61,784 bases of DNA from a virus (Duplodnaviria; Caudoviricetes): the IMG/VR virus record IMGVR_UViG_3300029448_000029, positions 1-61,784 of that record; one strand, 5' to 3'. The notes beneath the pieces were generated by a model, which had not been told where the DNA came from, ran no database searches, and was given only the letters and a program-made list of their open reading frames with translations. This document shows, piece by piece, positions 1-8,800 of the stretch. Both the position numbers and the translations under genes were made by a program. Positions within the stretch are counted from its first letter, which is position 1, and each line of letters opens with the position of its first letter.

Positions 1-763
1 ATATGCGGATTGAATATACCTTATCATCCGGCATATTTTCGATATCAAATGTGGAGTGATGACGATACTGAAGTTGTCCAGAGTCTTTGAATCGCTGGAC
101 ATCTTCTCGTGTGACTTGCAGGATCTTTGATTGTTCCAGTTGAAAATAACCAGAGTTCAGCCCGTCACGAATCTTGACTTGCTCTAGAATGAAGTCTTTA
201 CCAGTGAACAAGTCGGGAGTCGAGAAGAAAGTTTCCAACCACTCCACTCCAGACGAAACTTCAATCACAGCATACTTCTTGTCGTTCTTAATTGCTGACA
301 AAGCAAAACTATAAAACGAATCACGACGAAAGTGCCGCTTACATCCCTTGAAGAATTGCTCCTCACGATCTGGATCTGACACCAAGTCATAGATGGAGTA
401 GCCGTTATCCTTTTCCGTGTAGTTGATTCGTGTCTTGAACAAGTTGTCGAAGAATTGATCTGCTTCCACACCCATTCGTGATTTGTTCACGATCACATCC
501 CGTGGAATGTCAGAGAGTTCATCATCACGCTCGAAATCACGAACAGGATAACTCTCAAGTTTGTTCCATGCTTCGATGATTTCCTCTTCGTTCTTACCAG
601 TTCGTGGGGGACAACCATAAGCATCCCACGCATCACATATTGTCTTTCGCATTTCGACAACCCATTCACGAAACTGATCCTCGTTCATCTCAAGAAGTTC
701 CTCGAAGCAAACATTCACATCGCTGTTAATCACATAATTATTTCGTTCGTAAAATGGTTTCAT
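1..763 (-). CDS. Partial ORF running off the window edge; probable N-terminal part of a phage DNA methyltransferase-like protein
   Basis: Not in the ORF track. Hand translation from ATG at 763 (ATGA overlap with the upstream PLP gene) stays open to base 1: MKPFYERNNYVINSDVNVCFEELLEMNEDQFREWVVEMRKTICDAWDAYGCPPRTG... The methyltransferase call is from recalled similarity to aquatic T4-like phage proteins; catalytic motifs would lie outside the window. Confidence 0.5.
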   Translation of the reverse strand, partial: MKPFYERNNYVINSDVNVCFEELLEMNEDQFREWVVEMRKTICDAWDAYGCPPRTGKNEEEIIEAWNKLESYPVRDFERDDELSDIPRDVIVNKSRMGVEADQFFDNLFKTRINYTEKDNGYSIYDLVSDPDREEQFFKGCKRHFRRDSFYSFALSAIKNDKKYAVIEVSSGVEWLETFFSTPDLFTGKDFILEQVKIRDGLNSGYFQLEQSKILQVTREDVQRFKDSGQLQYRHHSTFDIENMPDDKVYSIRI

Positions 764-1512
764 TTTCCTACATTCCAAATTAACGCACCGGAGGATGCGT
801 GTTCTTTCACAAACTCCCACACCTTCGCATCATAAGTTGGAGCGGAAGGGTATGGGGGTAAAACTTTTGTCGGCTTTGAAAACTCATAAGATGACTTGTA
901 AACTTTCGCTCGTCCGTAATCACCTTTGTGGCCGACCATCACGACATTAAATTTAGCAGATTTCCATGCAGATTGCAACCCTCTAGTCAGAGTTCCGCTC
1001 GATCCCACTGTCCAAACCTCTTCTGGTTCATCCATAGACTCGGCAACTTTTTTGATGCTGGCAAGAACAGTTGGGTGATCAAAGCCGATTGGTAAGAGGG
1101 ATCTTGTTTCGGGATCCTCTGCAACATAATCTCTTGCCCTTTTCTCTGTCACCGATAACATACCGTTTGGAACCCAGTGCATCTCTGCACCATACTCAAT
1201 TGCTCTGGTTTGGTATTCGTGCATGTTCTTTGGATCACGCTTTGCCATAAAGACAACGGCTTTCTTTTTATATCGAGTGCAGACATGAGCGAGCGACATC
1301 TGAGCATAACCCGTTGCGGGTGAACTTCCATACACCCACTCTTTGATTTTAGAGTTACCAATCATATAATCAATGAAACGACACTTAGATCCTGCCACAA
1401 GCAGATCATCACGAACGACATAGAAGCCGTCGTGTTTGTGTATTTCTGGTTGTGGGTATGGATCTTCCCAATCACCAAGAATACTTTCATCAATACCAAA
1501 TAGATCAGGCAT
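760..1512 (-). CDS. PLP-dependent enzyme, fold type II (TrpB / ACC deaminase / D-cysteine desulfhydrase-like)
   Basis: VVRDDLL..GSKCR (Schiff-base Lys motif, cf. KRDDL..GNKxR), Gly-rich phosphate loop VGSSGTLTRGL, C-terminal PTYDAKVW and LIWNVG. Confidence 0.8.
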   Translation of the reverse strand: MPDLFGIDESILGDWEDPYPQPEIHKHDGFYVVRDDLLVAGSKCRFIDYMIGNSKIKEWVYGSSPATGYAQMSLAHVCTRYKKKAVVFMAKRDPKNMHEYQTRAIEYGAEMHWVPNGMLSVTEKRARDYVAEDPETRSLLPIGFDHPTVLASIKKVAESMDEPEEVWTVGSSGTLTRGLQSAWKSAKFNVVMVGHKGDYGRAKVYKSSYEFSKPTKVLPPYPSAPTYDAKVWEFVKEHASSGALIWNVGK

Positions 1513-3220
1513 AATCCTCTTTCATCTTACTGAAGTTCTTCTTCTTCTCGAACTGCATCACTCGTTCAAACTTGTCAACAAGTTGATCTGCTTTATGTGA
1601 GATCACGAATATATTTATGTCTTTGTCGAAAAAGCGAATCAGTTTCATGAACTCATCCATGCCAGTTGCATCCAAAGATGAGTCAAACACTTCATCCAAA
1701 ACAAGGATGTTGCAGTTTGCACTGTTCTTCAGTTTAGAAATCTCTCTCCAAGTCAACAGAATTGCCAAGTCGATCCGAAGTTTCTCACCCTCACTAAACG
1801 ATGCGTAAGAAAACTTGTCACGGTGTCTGCTCTTGATTGTTTCGTTGAAATTTTCGTCAAGTTCAAACGATGCAAAGAAGTCCATCGCTTGAAGATACTT
1901 GTTGATGAGAGAGTTGATGAGTGGCAGAAAGTGTTGAATGATTTTTGCTTTCACACCAGAGTCTTTGAGCAACACCGATGCAATCTCATAATTACTCTTG
2001 TCCTCAAGCAAAGCGTCTCGTTGTTCTGCAAGTTTACCACCGTCCTCTCGAATCTTATCGAGTTCATCTCGTGCATCAGACAAAACTGTATCATCGTCTG
2101 TCTTTGTGTAGAACTTGTCGAGTTCCTCCTGATAGATTTTACAAGTAGATTCGTTTTTATCTTTTTGTGATTGCCTTTGTTGAATCTCAGACATCAAACT
2201 TTCATATTCATTCAAGTCTTTGCCACACTTGTCAATCGTATCGAGAACAGGAGTGAAAACATCTGCCATCTTGCGAAGATCGGCATCCAACTGATCAATG
2301 CTTGTCTTTCTGTGGTTCTCATCAATGTCCTGACCACAACGACTGCAACTCGTGTTCTTTTTTAGGAATGCAATGTCCTTATTGATCTGCTTTGCCTTTG
2401 TTTCCATCTCCTTCTTTTCACCCTTTGCATTTTCAAGTTCGGTGATAATGCTTTTGTGATTTGGAAGTTGACTTGTTTTCTCTGCGATGAATCCAGATAA
2501 CTTTATTGAATCATCCTGAAGAGTTTGAATCTTATCTTTGTATTCTGTGATCTTTGTCTCTCGCTCGTCAGCAAACTCTTCTTGTTGTTTCTTAACATTT
2601 GCGATGAATGTTTTTTGATTCTCTGCTTTGTGAATCATCACTTCGATCTCAGATTTTTTCAGTTTCACTTCTTCTTTAGTGGTGGAGAGTTTTGCTTTTA
2701 CCACATCATTCATCATTGAGAAAATTTCAATGTCCAAAATGTTTTCGATCACTGCACGACGATCAGCGGCAGACAACTGCATGAACGGAACGAAAGATGA
2801 GGAACCAAGAATCACAACTTGCGTAAACGTCTTGTAGTTCATGTGTAGAATCTGATCTTCAAGTCTCTTCTGGTAATCTTTGATTGTTGAATCTTGATCG
2901 ACAAGTTCACCATCTTCATACACCTCAAATCGTTTCGGTGCAAGTCCACGAATAATTTTGTATGCTCTACCCTTTGCGGTAAACTCAATCGTAACTTCGC
3001 AGTCCTTTCGGTTCACGGAGTTTACCAACTGCGGAATGTTGATCTTCCGAAACGGCTTGCCATACAGTGCGAACGTGATGGTATCAAGAAGAGCAAATGA
3101 CTTTCCCTGTCCGTTGATACCCGACACCAAATTCATGCGTCTCTTTGTGAGATCAATAACCGTTGGTGTGTTTCCAAATGAGCCAAAGTTTTTGAATGAT
3201 ATAGATTTCAGATTTATCAC
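1505..3220 (-). CDS. gp46: Recombination endonuclease subunit, Rad50/SbcC-like ATPase
   Basis: Walker A GINGQGKS, coiled coil with Zn-hook CSRC, signature FSEGE, Walker B LVLDEVFD, H-loop VISH; adjacent to gp47. Confidence 0.96.
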   Translation of the reverse strand: MINLKSISFKNFGSFGNTPTVIDLTKRRMNLVSGINGQGKSFALLDTITFALYGKPFRKINIPQLVNSVNRKDCEVTIEFTAKGRAYKIIRGLAPKRFEVYEDGELVDQDSTIKDYQKRLEDQILHMNYKTFTQVVILGSSSFVPFMQLSAADRRAVIENILDIEIFSMMNDVVKAKLSTTKEEVKLKKSEIEVMIHKAENQKTFIANVKKQQEEFADERETKITEYKDKIQTLQDDSIKLSGFIAEKTSQLPNHKSIITELENAKGEKKEMETKAKQINKDIAFLKKNTSCSRCGQDIDENHRKTSIDQLDADLRKMADVFTPVLDTIDKCGKDLNEYESLMSEIQQRQSQKDKNESTCKIYQEELDKFYTKTDDDTVLSDARDELDKIREDGGKLAEQRDALLEDKSNYEIASVLLKDSGVKAKIIQHFLPLINSLINKYLQAMDFFASFELDENFNETIKSRHRDKFSYASFSEGEKLRIDLAILLTWREISKLKNSANCNILVLDEVFDSSLDATGMDEFMKLIRFFDKDINIFVISHKADQLVDKFERVMQFEKKKNFSKMKEDYA

Positions 3221-4251
3221 TTATTCCAACTCTCCACATAAATGTCACGAATCAGTGACTTCAGTTTATCTTTATTATCAATCGTTTCGATCTTGTCGAT
3301 CTCGTCCATCAATAGTGTAAGTGTGTCTTTCTTGAAATCAACTTTTTCTTCATCAACTTCAATCACTGTTTCATCATCAACAATCGTCACGCTTTCGGGA
3401 TTCTCACGATAGAGACAATCCATGAATCGCTCATACTTGATGACATCTTTCTTTCCCTTCACGATCACACGAACATAGCAACCAGCATACTTAGAGCAAT
3501 CAAACTCATCGAAATCATCGTCATATTCTACAACAAAAAATTTATTTTTAGGATTGACAATAAATTCTACTTGACTACTGTCTGTATTGTAGACCCAGAA
3601 GCCTTTAGAAGAACCTAAATCGTTAAAGGTTAATTGATATTGAGTCCCTAAGTAATTAACATTTCCTTGAGTAGAATGTTGATGAAAATGACCGCTTAAG
3701 ACCTTATCAAACTTCTTAAACAAAGACGATTCAAGACCACCACGAAACGGAACACCGGGAATAACATAATGACCGTTGAGTTCCAAATGACCGAGCAAAA
3801 CATTTGCGTCGTTGTTTTCAACATATGAAAGAAAAGAATCCTTGTTCTCAGGAGAAAGCCAAGGTAAAAACATGAAAGATGTTCCATCAAAGTTCATAAC
3901 TTTTGGCTTCTCATGAATGTCAATGTTGTCATAGTGACCGATCAACTCACGAACAGAGTTTACAAGATTGGTGTTCTTAAAATAGCAATCGTGATTGCCG
4001 GGGATGACATGAAGATTGACACCCAACTCCTCAAAGCGTTTGAAGAATCGAGTGCGAACCGTGTGTAGTGTGTTCATGTTGATAAACTTACGACGATCAA
4101 ACACATCCCCAAGGTGAAAAACTGTTTTGATATCATGCTCAATCAAGTATGGAAAAAATTGTTCATCAAAGAACTGAAACATATAATCAAGAAATCCTTG
4201 ATGATCGTTTCTGACACCGAAGTGGGTGTCGTTAATGATTGCTATTTTCAT
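3217..4251 (-). CDS. gp47: Recombination endonuclease subunit, Mre11/SbcD-like metallophosphoesterase
   Basis: DTHFG, LGDVFD, PGNHD, LGH, SGHFH motifs; adjacent to gp46. Confidence 0.96.
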   Translation of the reverse strand: MKIAIINDTHFGVRNDHQGFLDYMFQFFDEQFFPYLIEHDIKTVFHLGDVFDRRKFINMNTLHTVRTRFFKRFEELGVNLHVIPGNHDCYFKNTNLVNSVRELIGHYDNIDIHEKPKVMNFDGTSFMFLPWLSPENKDSFLSYVENNDANVLLGHLELNGHYVIPGVPFRGGLESSLFKKFDKVLSGHFHQHSTQGNVNYLGTQYQLTFNDLGSSKGFWVYNTDSSQVEFIVNPKNKFFVVEYDDDFDEFDCSKYAGCYVRVIVKGKKDVIKYERFMDCLYRENPESVTIVDDETVIEVDEEKVDFKKDTLTLLMDEIDKIETIDNKDKLKSLIRDIYVESWNK

Positions 4252-4950
4252 TCAATGTCCTTTTGGTATATGGCTTATTTTTTTGTTGTCATACTTTCGC
4301 TTATTCCACCAAGATCCGGTGCAAAGATGCTTTATTGGGTTATCAACATATTCTACTGAAAATTTTCCAGAATTCAAGACATTTTCCTCTTGCGTTTCTG
4401 GTAGGTCCCCTAGTAACATTGGGCCTGTAAGCCTTAAGACCATAATAAAACATTTATGACTCCATTCATATTTAGTTGGACCACATGTCTTAAGTGTTTG
4501 TCCCATCTCACCATTCCATCTTTCCTCCGCACTTTCAATTAACTTCAACCAGTAATTGTTTTTAGGCTTTGATGCAAGAAAAGCATTCGTGAGTGGGGGA
4601 TGTCCCTCTCGACTATCCCATGATCCATGAATGTTTATTCTATCTTGATCTAAATCTGGGTAAATGTTTTCTGCACAATATATGTCTAGATCAAAATATA
4701 GTCCACCATACAAATACAATATTATCGGTCGTATCATGTCAGACTTCATTATGACATGAGGATACTCGTTCCACGTTTTTAAAAATGATGGAAACTCTTT
4801 TTCCACCAACTCATCCATCATATCGTCATCCCAAAAAACAAACTCAAAGTCTTTGAAGTGTTTTTTCTGCGATGCTAAACAGACATGCCACTCCGTTGGC
4901 CATGTGTTTCTATCTGCTGGACCGACGTTATGAATTATCTTTGGAATCAT
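4252..4950 (-). CDS. Glycosyltransferase, DXD sugar-binding GT-A type (OCH1/GT32-like)
   Basis: Likely start MIPKIIH at 4950; SDMIR..ILYLYGGLYFDLD (DXD) motif; NAFLASKP; LTGPMLL. Confidence 0.85.
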   Translation of the reverse strand: MIPKIIHNVGPADRNTWPTEWHVCLASQKKHFKDFEFVFWDDDMMDELVEKEFPSFLKTWNEYPHVIMKSDMIRPIILYLYGGLYFDLDIYCAENIYPDLDQDRINIHGSWDSREGHPPLTNAFLASKPKNNYWLKLIESAEERWNGEMGQTLKTCGPTKYEWSHKCFIMVLRLTGPMLLGDLPETQEENVLNSGKFSVEYVDNPIKHLCTGSWWNKRKYDNKKISHIPKGH

Positions 4951-5482
4951 CTTTAACTTTTTTCTTCTTCTTCTTTTTACCCGTTCCAAAGTTTTCTATG
5001 TCGGTATCCGAAAGTTGAAAATAGTCTTTTGATGTCTTATCATTTTGTCCTTTGTCAAAATAGTTTTCTTTAAACCACGATGAAAAGGTTCCGTCGTCAT
5101 TTTCTTCCATGAGTTTATACTTGATGAATGATTGTTTCTTTTCTTTTTCGATTCTTCGAAGAAAAGCGTAATAAATCATTTGAGTAAAGTATGAGAATGG
5201 ATTTTTTGATTTTGCAGGATCGAAGTTATGTGCATACATCAGACAGTTTTCAACACCATCTGAAATCATTTCATCTCTGTATGGATAGTTCATAAAGTTC
5301 GGTCTATTAGAAAGTTTTTCTGAAATCTTTAGAAAACACTCGCCAATATAATTTGTAACGGGTGGTCTTGTATCCCCCGCAGCGTCGGCTTCATTGACTA
5401 ATTTTTTCCATTCAACCATCGCATCAAAAAATACATCATTGTCTATGTAATAGTTTTCTTTTTTACTCATTGTGTCACCCAT
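4928..5482 (-). CDS. gp55: Late-transcription sigma factor
   Basis: YIGECFLKI..LS.RPNF.NYPYRDEMISDGVENC..Y..NFDP.KS.NPFSYFTQ..YYAFLRRIEKEKKQ; start may be 5470 (MSKK). Confidence 0.96.
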   Translation of the reverse strand: MGDTMSKKENYYIDNDVFFDAMVEWKKLVNEADAAGDTRPPVTNYIGECFLKISEKLSNRPNFMNYPYRDEMISDGVENCLMYAHNFDPAKSKNPFSYFTQMIYYAFLRRIEKEKKQSFIKYKLMEENDDGTFSSWFKENYFDKGQNDKTSKDYFQLSDTDIENFGTGKKKKKKKVKDDSKDNS

Positions 5483-5500
5483 TCATTATGTAAATTAATT

Positions 5501-6169
5501 TTATGATTCTTCTTCGTTTTCAGAATCATCCTTTAAGTAATCGAGAGGATTTGGACTCCAATCTGTCCAATTATCTCCGTCTCCATCTGGAGTATATTCA
5601 TCGCTTATCTTTTCAGTTGGAGTGGAGTCGTTTGGATCAAAACTTAGACCTGCAAAGTCCTCTTTATCTAATATTCCAAGTTCAAGCATTTTCTTTAATA
5701 CATCTGCCGGTAATGCGAGAGACATGACCATCATTTCATCTCTTGGATCTTTTGTGTCTGAGTCGTCTTCATCTATATTTTCAAGTTCCTCTTTGATTAT
5801 GTCCTCGATGTCTTTGTCGAGAATTTCTTTGATGTTATCCATACCTGATAGAGGAAATATATCGTGAGTCATTGGAGGACGATCTTGTGATTCTTTTTCT
5901 CTATCATACAACTCTGCCATTTGAATGTTTGGTTGGATGATGGTTACAATAAAATCTCTTGGAATACTCGCATCTATTTCATCACTGTGACCTAACCAGT
6001 CTCGTAACACGGTAAACTCTCTCTGACTTCCTTTTGCATCAAATTGCACGGCACTTCTGATTGCCATCGGCCTTTTCACCTTGAACGCTTTGGGATCCGA
6101 TGATTTTATTTCGCACACGATTTGCTCGCCGCTTCTAAGTTTGAAAATTCTATATGAGTTTGGAATCAT
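5501..6169 (-). CDS. Conserved T4-like hypothetical protein, N-terminal Sm-like domain and acidic tail
   Basis: RIFKLRSGEQIVCEI start typical of the Sm-like gene found between uvsW and gp55 in aquatic T4-like phages; Asp/Glu-rich C-terminus. Confidence 0.6.
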   Translation of the reverse strand: MIPNSYRIFKLRSGEQIVCEIKSSDPKAFKVKRPMAIRSAVQFDAKGSQREFTVLRDWLGHSDEIDASIPRDFIVTIIQPNIQMAELYDREKESQDRPPMTHDIFPLSGMDNIKEILDKDIEDIIKEELENIDEDDSDTKDPRDEMMVMSLALPADVLKKMLELGILDKEDFAGLSFDPNDSTPTEKISDEYTPDGDGDNWTDWSPNPLDYLKDDSENEEES

Positions 6170-7658
6170 CTTTTTTCCCCTCTAGTTTTATTTTTAAAAC
6201 CTTGTAATTGAAGTTTTCATTTTTATAAATCTTCAATCGGGCAAGCAAATGATTATATGTGTGATTTTTATGTGACTTAAATCTCAAATCATCTGCTATA
6301 TCGTAAACAGTCAGTTCATTTTTTTCCTCCGACTTTCTTAGTCCCCTACCGATTGACTGAAGGACTCTAATGACTGACTTTGAAGGTGATGCGAATACTA
6401 TGTTATTTATGTTCTTAATGTTGATACCTGTTGAACATGTTCCATATGACGCGATCAGATTTGTATTTGTCTCTTTTTCCATGAGTTTTCTAATATCCTC
6501 TCTTTGAGAAACATCTGTTCCACCATATATCAAGTGTGTTTTTTTGGCATCGCCAGATATCATATCATATAGTGGCTTGCCATGTTTTTCAACATAATTA
6601 AATAAAATGAGAGTGTTACCTTTCAGATTAGAAACTAATTGTTTAATAAAAATATTTCTATCCGAATTTGTGACAAGGAAATCCATTTCCTCTTGATACT
6701 TCATTTTGTTTGTAATTCTTCGTGAATGCTCTTCGTGTTCTAATGTAAGACATTGTATGTTGATCGAACTCAACAGATTTTTATCCATCAAATCCTTTGT
6801 TGTAATTACCTTTTTTACTCGTCCAAATAACCCCTCGATCACAAGTTTGTGTGTTTGAGTCCCATCCAAAGTTCCCGTGGTTCCCACACGATACTCAGCG
6901 TTCGTTAACTTCGTCAGGAGTCCCGTCAGAGACTTTGCCTTGAAAAGGTGACACTCATCCCCTATCACCGCTTCAAACCCCTCAAAATCGCTCTGAGGGA
7001 GTTTATAAATGCTTTGCCATGTGCTTATGACAACTCGTTTGGTGGTTTTTTTAGATTTACCAGAATATATGGTGTGACAATTTCTTTTTGCGTTCCATGA
7101 TGATAGATTAGAGTAGTCTTCAAAATCACTCATCATTTGCGTTACAAGTCCAGTTGTAGGAACTATGATTAAGATTTTTTTATCATCAGATAGTTTTGAA
7201 AGATAATAACGTAACAAAACATAAATGATAAGAGACTTTCCGGATCCTGTCGGAGAAAGTAAGAGACATCTTCGTTTATTAATAGCATGATGTATTGCGT
7301 CAAATTGATGCTCATGTGGCATAATCTCCTTGTTGCCAATGGATATATTTAAATTTTTCACGAATGAGAACACCTCCTCGGGAGATAATTTTTCAATCTC
7401 TGGTATCTCATACTCAACTGTATAGTTTCTGTCTTTAGCAAATTGTAAAACATAATCAACCAAACCAGAGTAAATTTTTCCGGTGTGAACATTAAAAAGA
7501 CGAATTTGACCGTCCCATATTTTATTTTTGTATGCTGGTGTGTATTGATAATTTGGAACAAAGAATGTGAAATGTTGACTCAACTCTTTCGTCAAGGCTC
7601 TATCACACTTTACTCGGATATGTGCAGAATCAAAATGTTCAATAATAATGTCACTCAT
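6150..7658 (-). CDS. uvsW: SF2 RNA-DNA/DNA helicase
   Basis: SPTGSGKS, DECH, GTTGT, STGINIK, QSIGRGLR motifs; follows uvsY. Confidence 0.96.
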   Translation of the reverse strand: MSDIIIEHFDSAHIRVKCDRALTKELSQHFTFFVPNYQYTPAYKNKIWDGQIRLFNVHTGKIYSGLVDYVLQFAKDRNYTVEYEIPEIEKLSPEEVFSFVKNLNISIGNKEIMPHEHQFDAIHHAINKRRCLLLSPTGSGKSLIIYVLLRYYLSKLSDDKKILIIVPTTGLVTQMMSDFEDYSNLSSWNAKRNCHTIYSGKSKKTTKRVVISTWQSIYKLPQSDFEGFEAVIGDECHLFKAKSLTGLLTKLTNAEYRVGTTGTLDGTQTHKLVIEGLFGRVKKVITTKDLMDKNLLSSINIQCLTLEHEEHSRRITNKMKYQEEMDFLVTNSDRNIFIKQLVSNLKGNTLILFNYVEKHGKPLYDMISGDAKKTHLIYGGTDVSQREDIRKLMEKETNTNLIASYGTCSTGINIKNINNIVFASPSKSVIRVLQSIGRGLRKSEEKNELTVYDIADDLRFKSHKNHTYNHLLARLKIYKNENFNYKVLKIKLEGKKDDSKLI

Positions 7659-7665
7659 ACACCAT

Positions 7666-7673
7666 TATTTATG
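7666..7673 (-). promoter_or_regulatory. Late promoter CATAAATA upstream of uvsW, located in a hairpin loop
   Basis: One mismatch to the T4 late consensus TATAAATA, 7 nt before the ATG, flanked by inverted repeat ACACCAT/ATGGTGT. Confidence 0.65.
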
Positions 7674-7682
7674 GTGTGAGAA

Positions 7683-8120
7683 TTATCCTGCGAATTCTGT
7701 CATTCGCATCCAGTCAATTGCTGAACGAATATTCCAGTTAAGATTATTGATCGCTCTCATCACACCGTCGAGATAACTAACCTTTTCTTTGATTAGTGCA
7801 ACTTTGTGTTGTAGATGAATAACATCATCGTCTGCGTTAATGAACCGATCAATATCTGTTTTTAAAACCGTGAGATCAAATGCGTCCCACCCAAGTTCTT
7901 CGAGTTCTTCGTGACTCATTTTGCCGGTATAGTAAAGCCATTTTCTGTGACGAAGTTTTGTTAAGTCTGTTTCTAGTTTCGACAATGTAAGTCTGTCGTT
8001 CATTAGAAAATTTAAGTATTTGTTGTGAATCTGTGGAATACGAATAGATTCGGATGCAAGATCCGTTTTGTCTATGCTTAAATCTTTTTTGACTTCTTCT
8101 TTGAGTTTCTCTATGTTCAT
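7683..8120 (-). CDS. uvsY: Recombination mediator protein
   Basis: DL.IDKTDL..ESIRIPQIHNKYL, KWLYYTGK, W.IRSAIDW.R..AG; synteny gp3-uvsY-uvsW. Confidence 0.93.
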   Translation of the reverse strand: MNIEKLKEEVKKDLSIDKTDLASESIRIPQIHNKYLNFLMNDRLTLSKLETDLTKLRHRKWLYYTGKMSHEELEELGWDAFDLTVLKTDIDRFINADDDVIHLQHKVALIKEKVSYLDGVMRAINNLNWNIRSAIDWMRMTEFAG

Positions 8121-8126
8121 GTAAAA

Positions 8127-8154
8127 ATTATAGCCACATTCTGTGTAAAATCAA
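8127..8154 (-). promoter_or_regulatory. Sigma70-type promoter for uvsY (TTGATT-N16-TATAAT)
   Basis: Perfect -10 TATAAT at 8132-8127, TTGATT at 8154-8149, ATG 6 nt after the -10 box. Confidence 0.55.
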
Positions 8155-8721
8155 TTATATTAATTCAAATTCATAGGTTTCAAAATTAAGCGTCACTGTT
8201 GCTAATTGAACATCACTGTCGGTCAGAATTGAAGAAAATTGAAGTCCAGACAGTGCGATAGGATATGTATTTTTAAACGTCACTTTTTGTTTTTCACGAT
8301 AAGCACTGTTTGTAATAACTAAAGTAGCGTCACAGAAAAACTGAGCCGTTTGATAACCAGCAACGATATTCGTGTCATCTTGGTAGTTGCCAATAAGTTT
8401 CATCCAATCAAATATTTCTTTATAGTTCAACATGTCCTCATCGACAGCAAACTGCAAAGTAAGTGGCTCATGATCGAATCTACCACCAATAAATTGATTT
8501 GGTCTACCCAATCTATTCGGCATTTCAACTGGTGTCAATTGAATGCCAGGGAAAGAGACTGCTTGAACAAAATATGTAACAGTCGATGTTCTCGGTAATT
8601 GAAACCTGAAAAAATTAGACGCAAGATAATTGTTGGTTTCAGGAACCGTGGGGTTGTTGGGAAAGTCGGCTGTGAAGCCCTCTTGACCCTCGTGAATGTT
8701 ATATGCTTTGTTTATTGTCAT
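8155..8721 (-). CDS. gp3: Tail completion / sheath stabilizer (tail tube terminator)
   Basis: NYLASNFFRF, YFVQAVSFPGI, L.LQFAVDEDMLNYKEIFDW, F.NTYPIALSGLQF; follows gp23 as in aquatic T4-like phages. Confidence 0.88.
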   Translation of the reverse strand: MTINKAYNIHEGQEGFTADFPNNPTVPETNNYLASNFFRFQLPRTSTVTYFVQAVSFPGIQLTPVEMPNRLGRPNQFIGGRFDHEPLTLQFAVDEDMLNYKEIFDWMKLIGNYQDDTNIVAGYQTAQFFCDATLVITNSAYREKQKVTFKNTYPIALSGLQFSSILTDSDVQLATVTLNFETYEFELI

Positions 8722-8726
8722 CGTTA

Positions 8727-8734
8727 TATTTATA
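8727..8734 (-). promoter_or_regulatory. T4-type late promoter TATAAATA for gp3
   Basis: Exact consensus, 5 nt upstream of the gp3 ATG, directly after the gp23 terminator. Confidence 0.8.
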
Positions 8735-8741
8735 AACGAAA

Positions 8742-8765
8742 TAAGGGAGCCCGAAGGCTCCCTTA
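8742..8765 (-). terminator. Rho-independent terminator after gp23 with C(UUCG)G tetraloop
   Basis: Minus strand TAAGGGAGCC-TTCG-GGCTCCCTTA followed by TTTCGTTT. Confidence 0.9.
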
Positions 8766-8800
8766 ATTCTTAGTATCACTCTATTAGGAGTGTTTATTTA

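Noticed and set aside
265-471. 68-aa minus-strand ORF in the track
   Set aside because: Nested in a different frame inside the longer edge-truncated ORF 763-1, which has a coupled start and is the better gene call.
4951-4989. Arg/Lys-rich N-terminal extension (MERVKRRRRKKLK) of the glycosyltransferase as a signal or DNA-binding peptide
   Set aside because: It is an alternative-frame reading of the gp55 poly-Lys tail; MIPKIIH at 4950 is the family-typical start.
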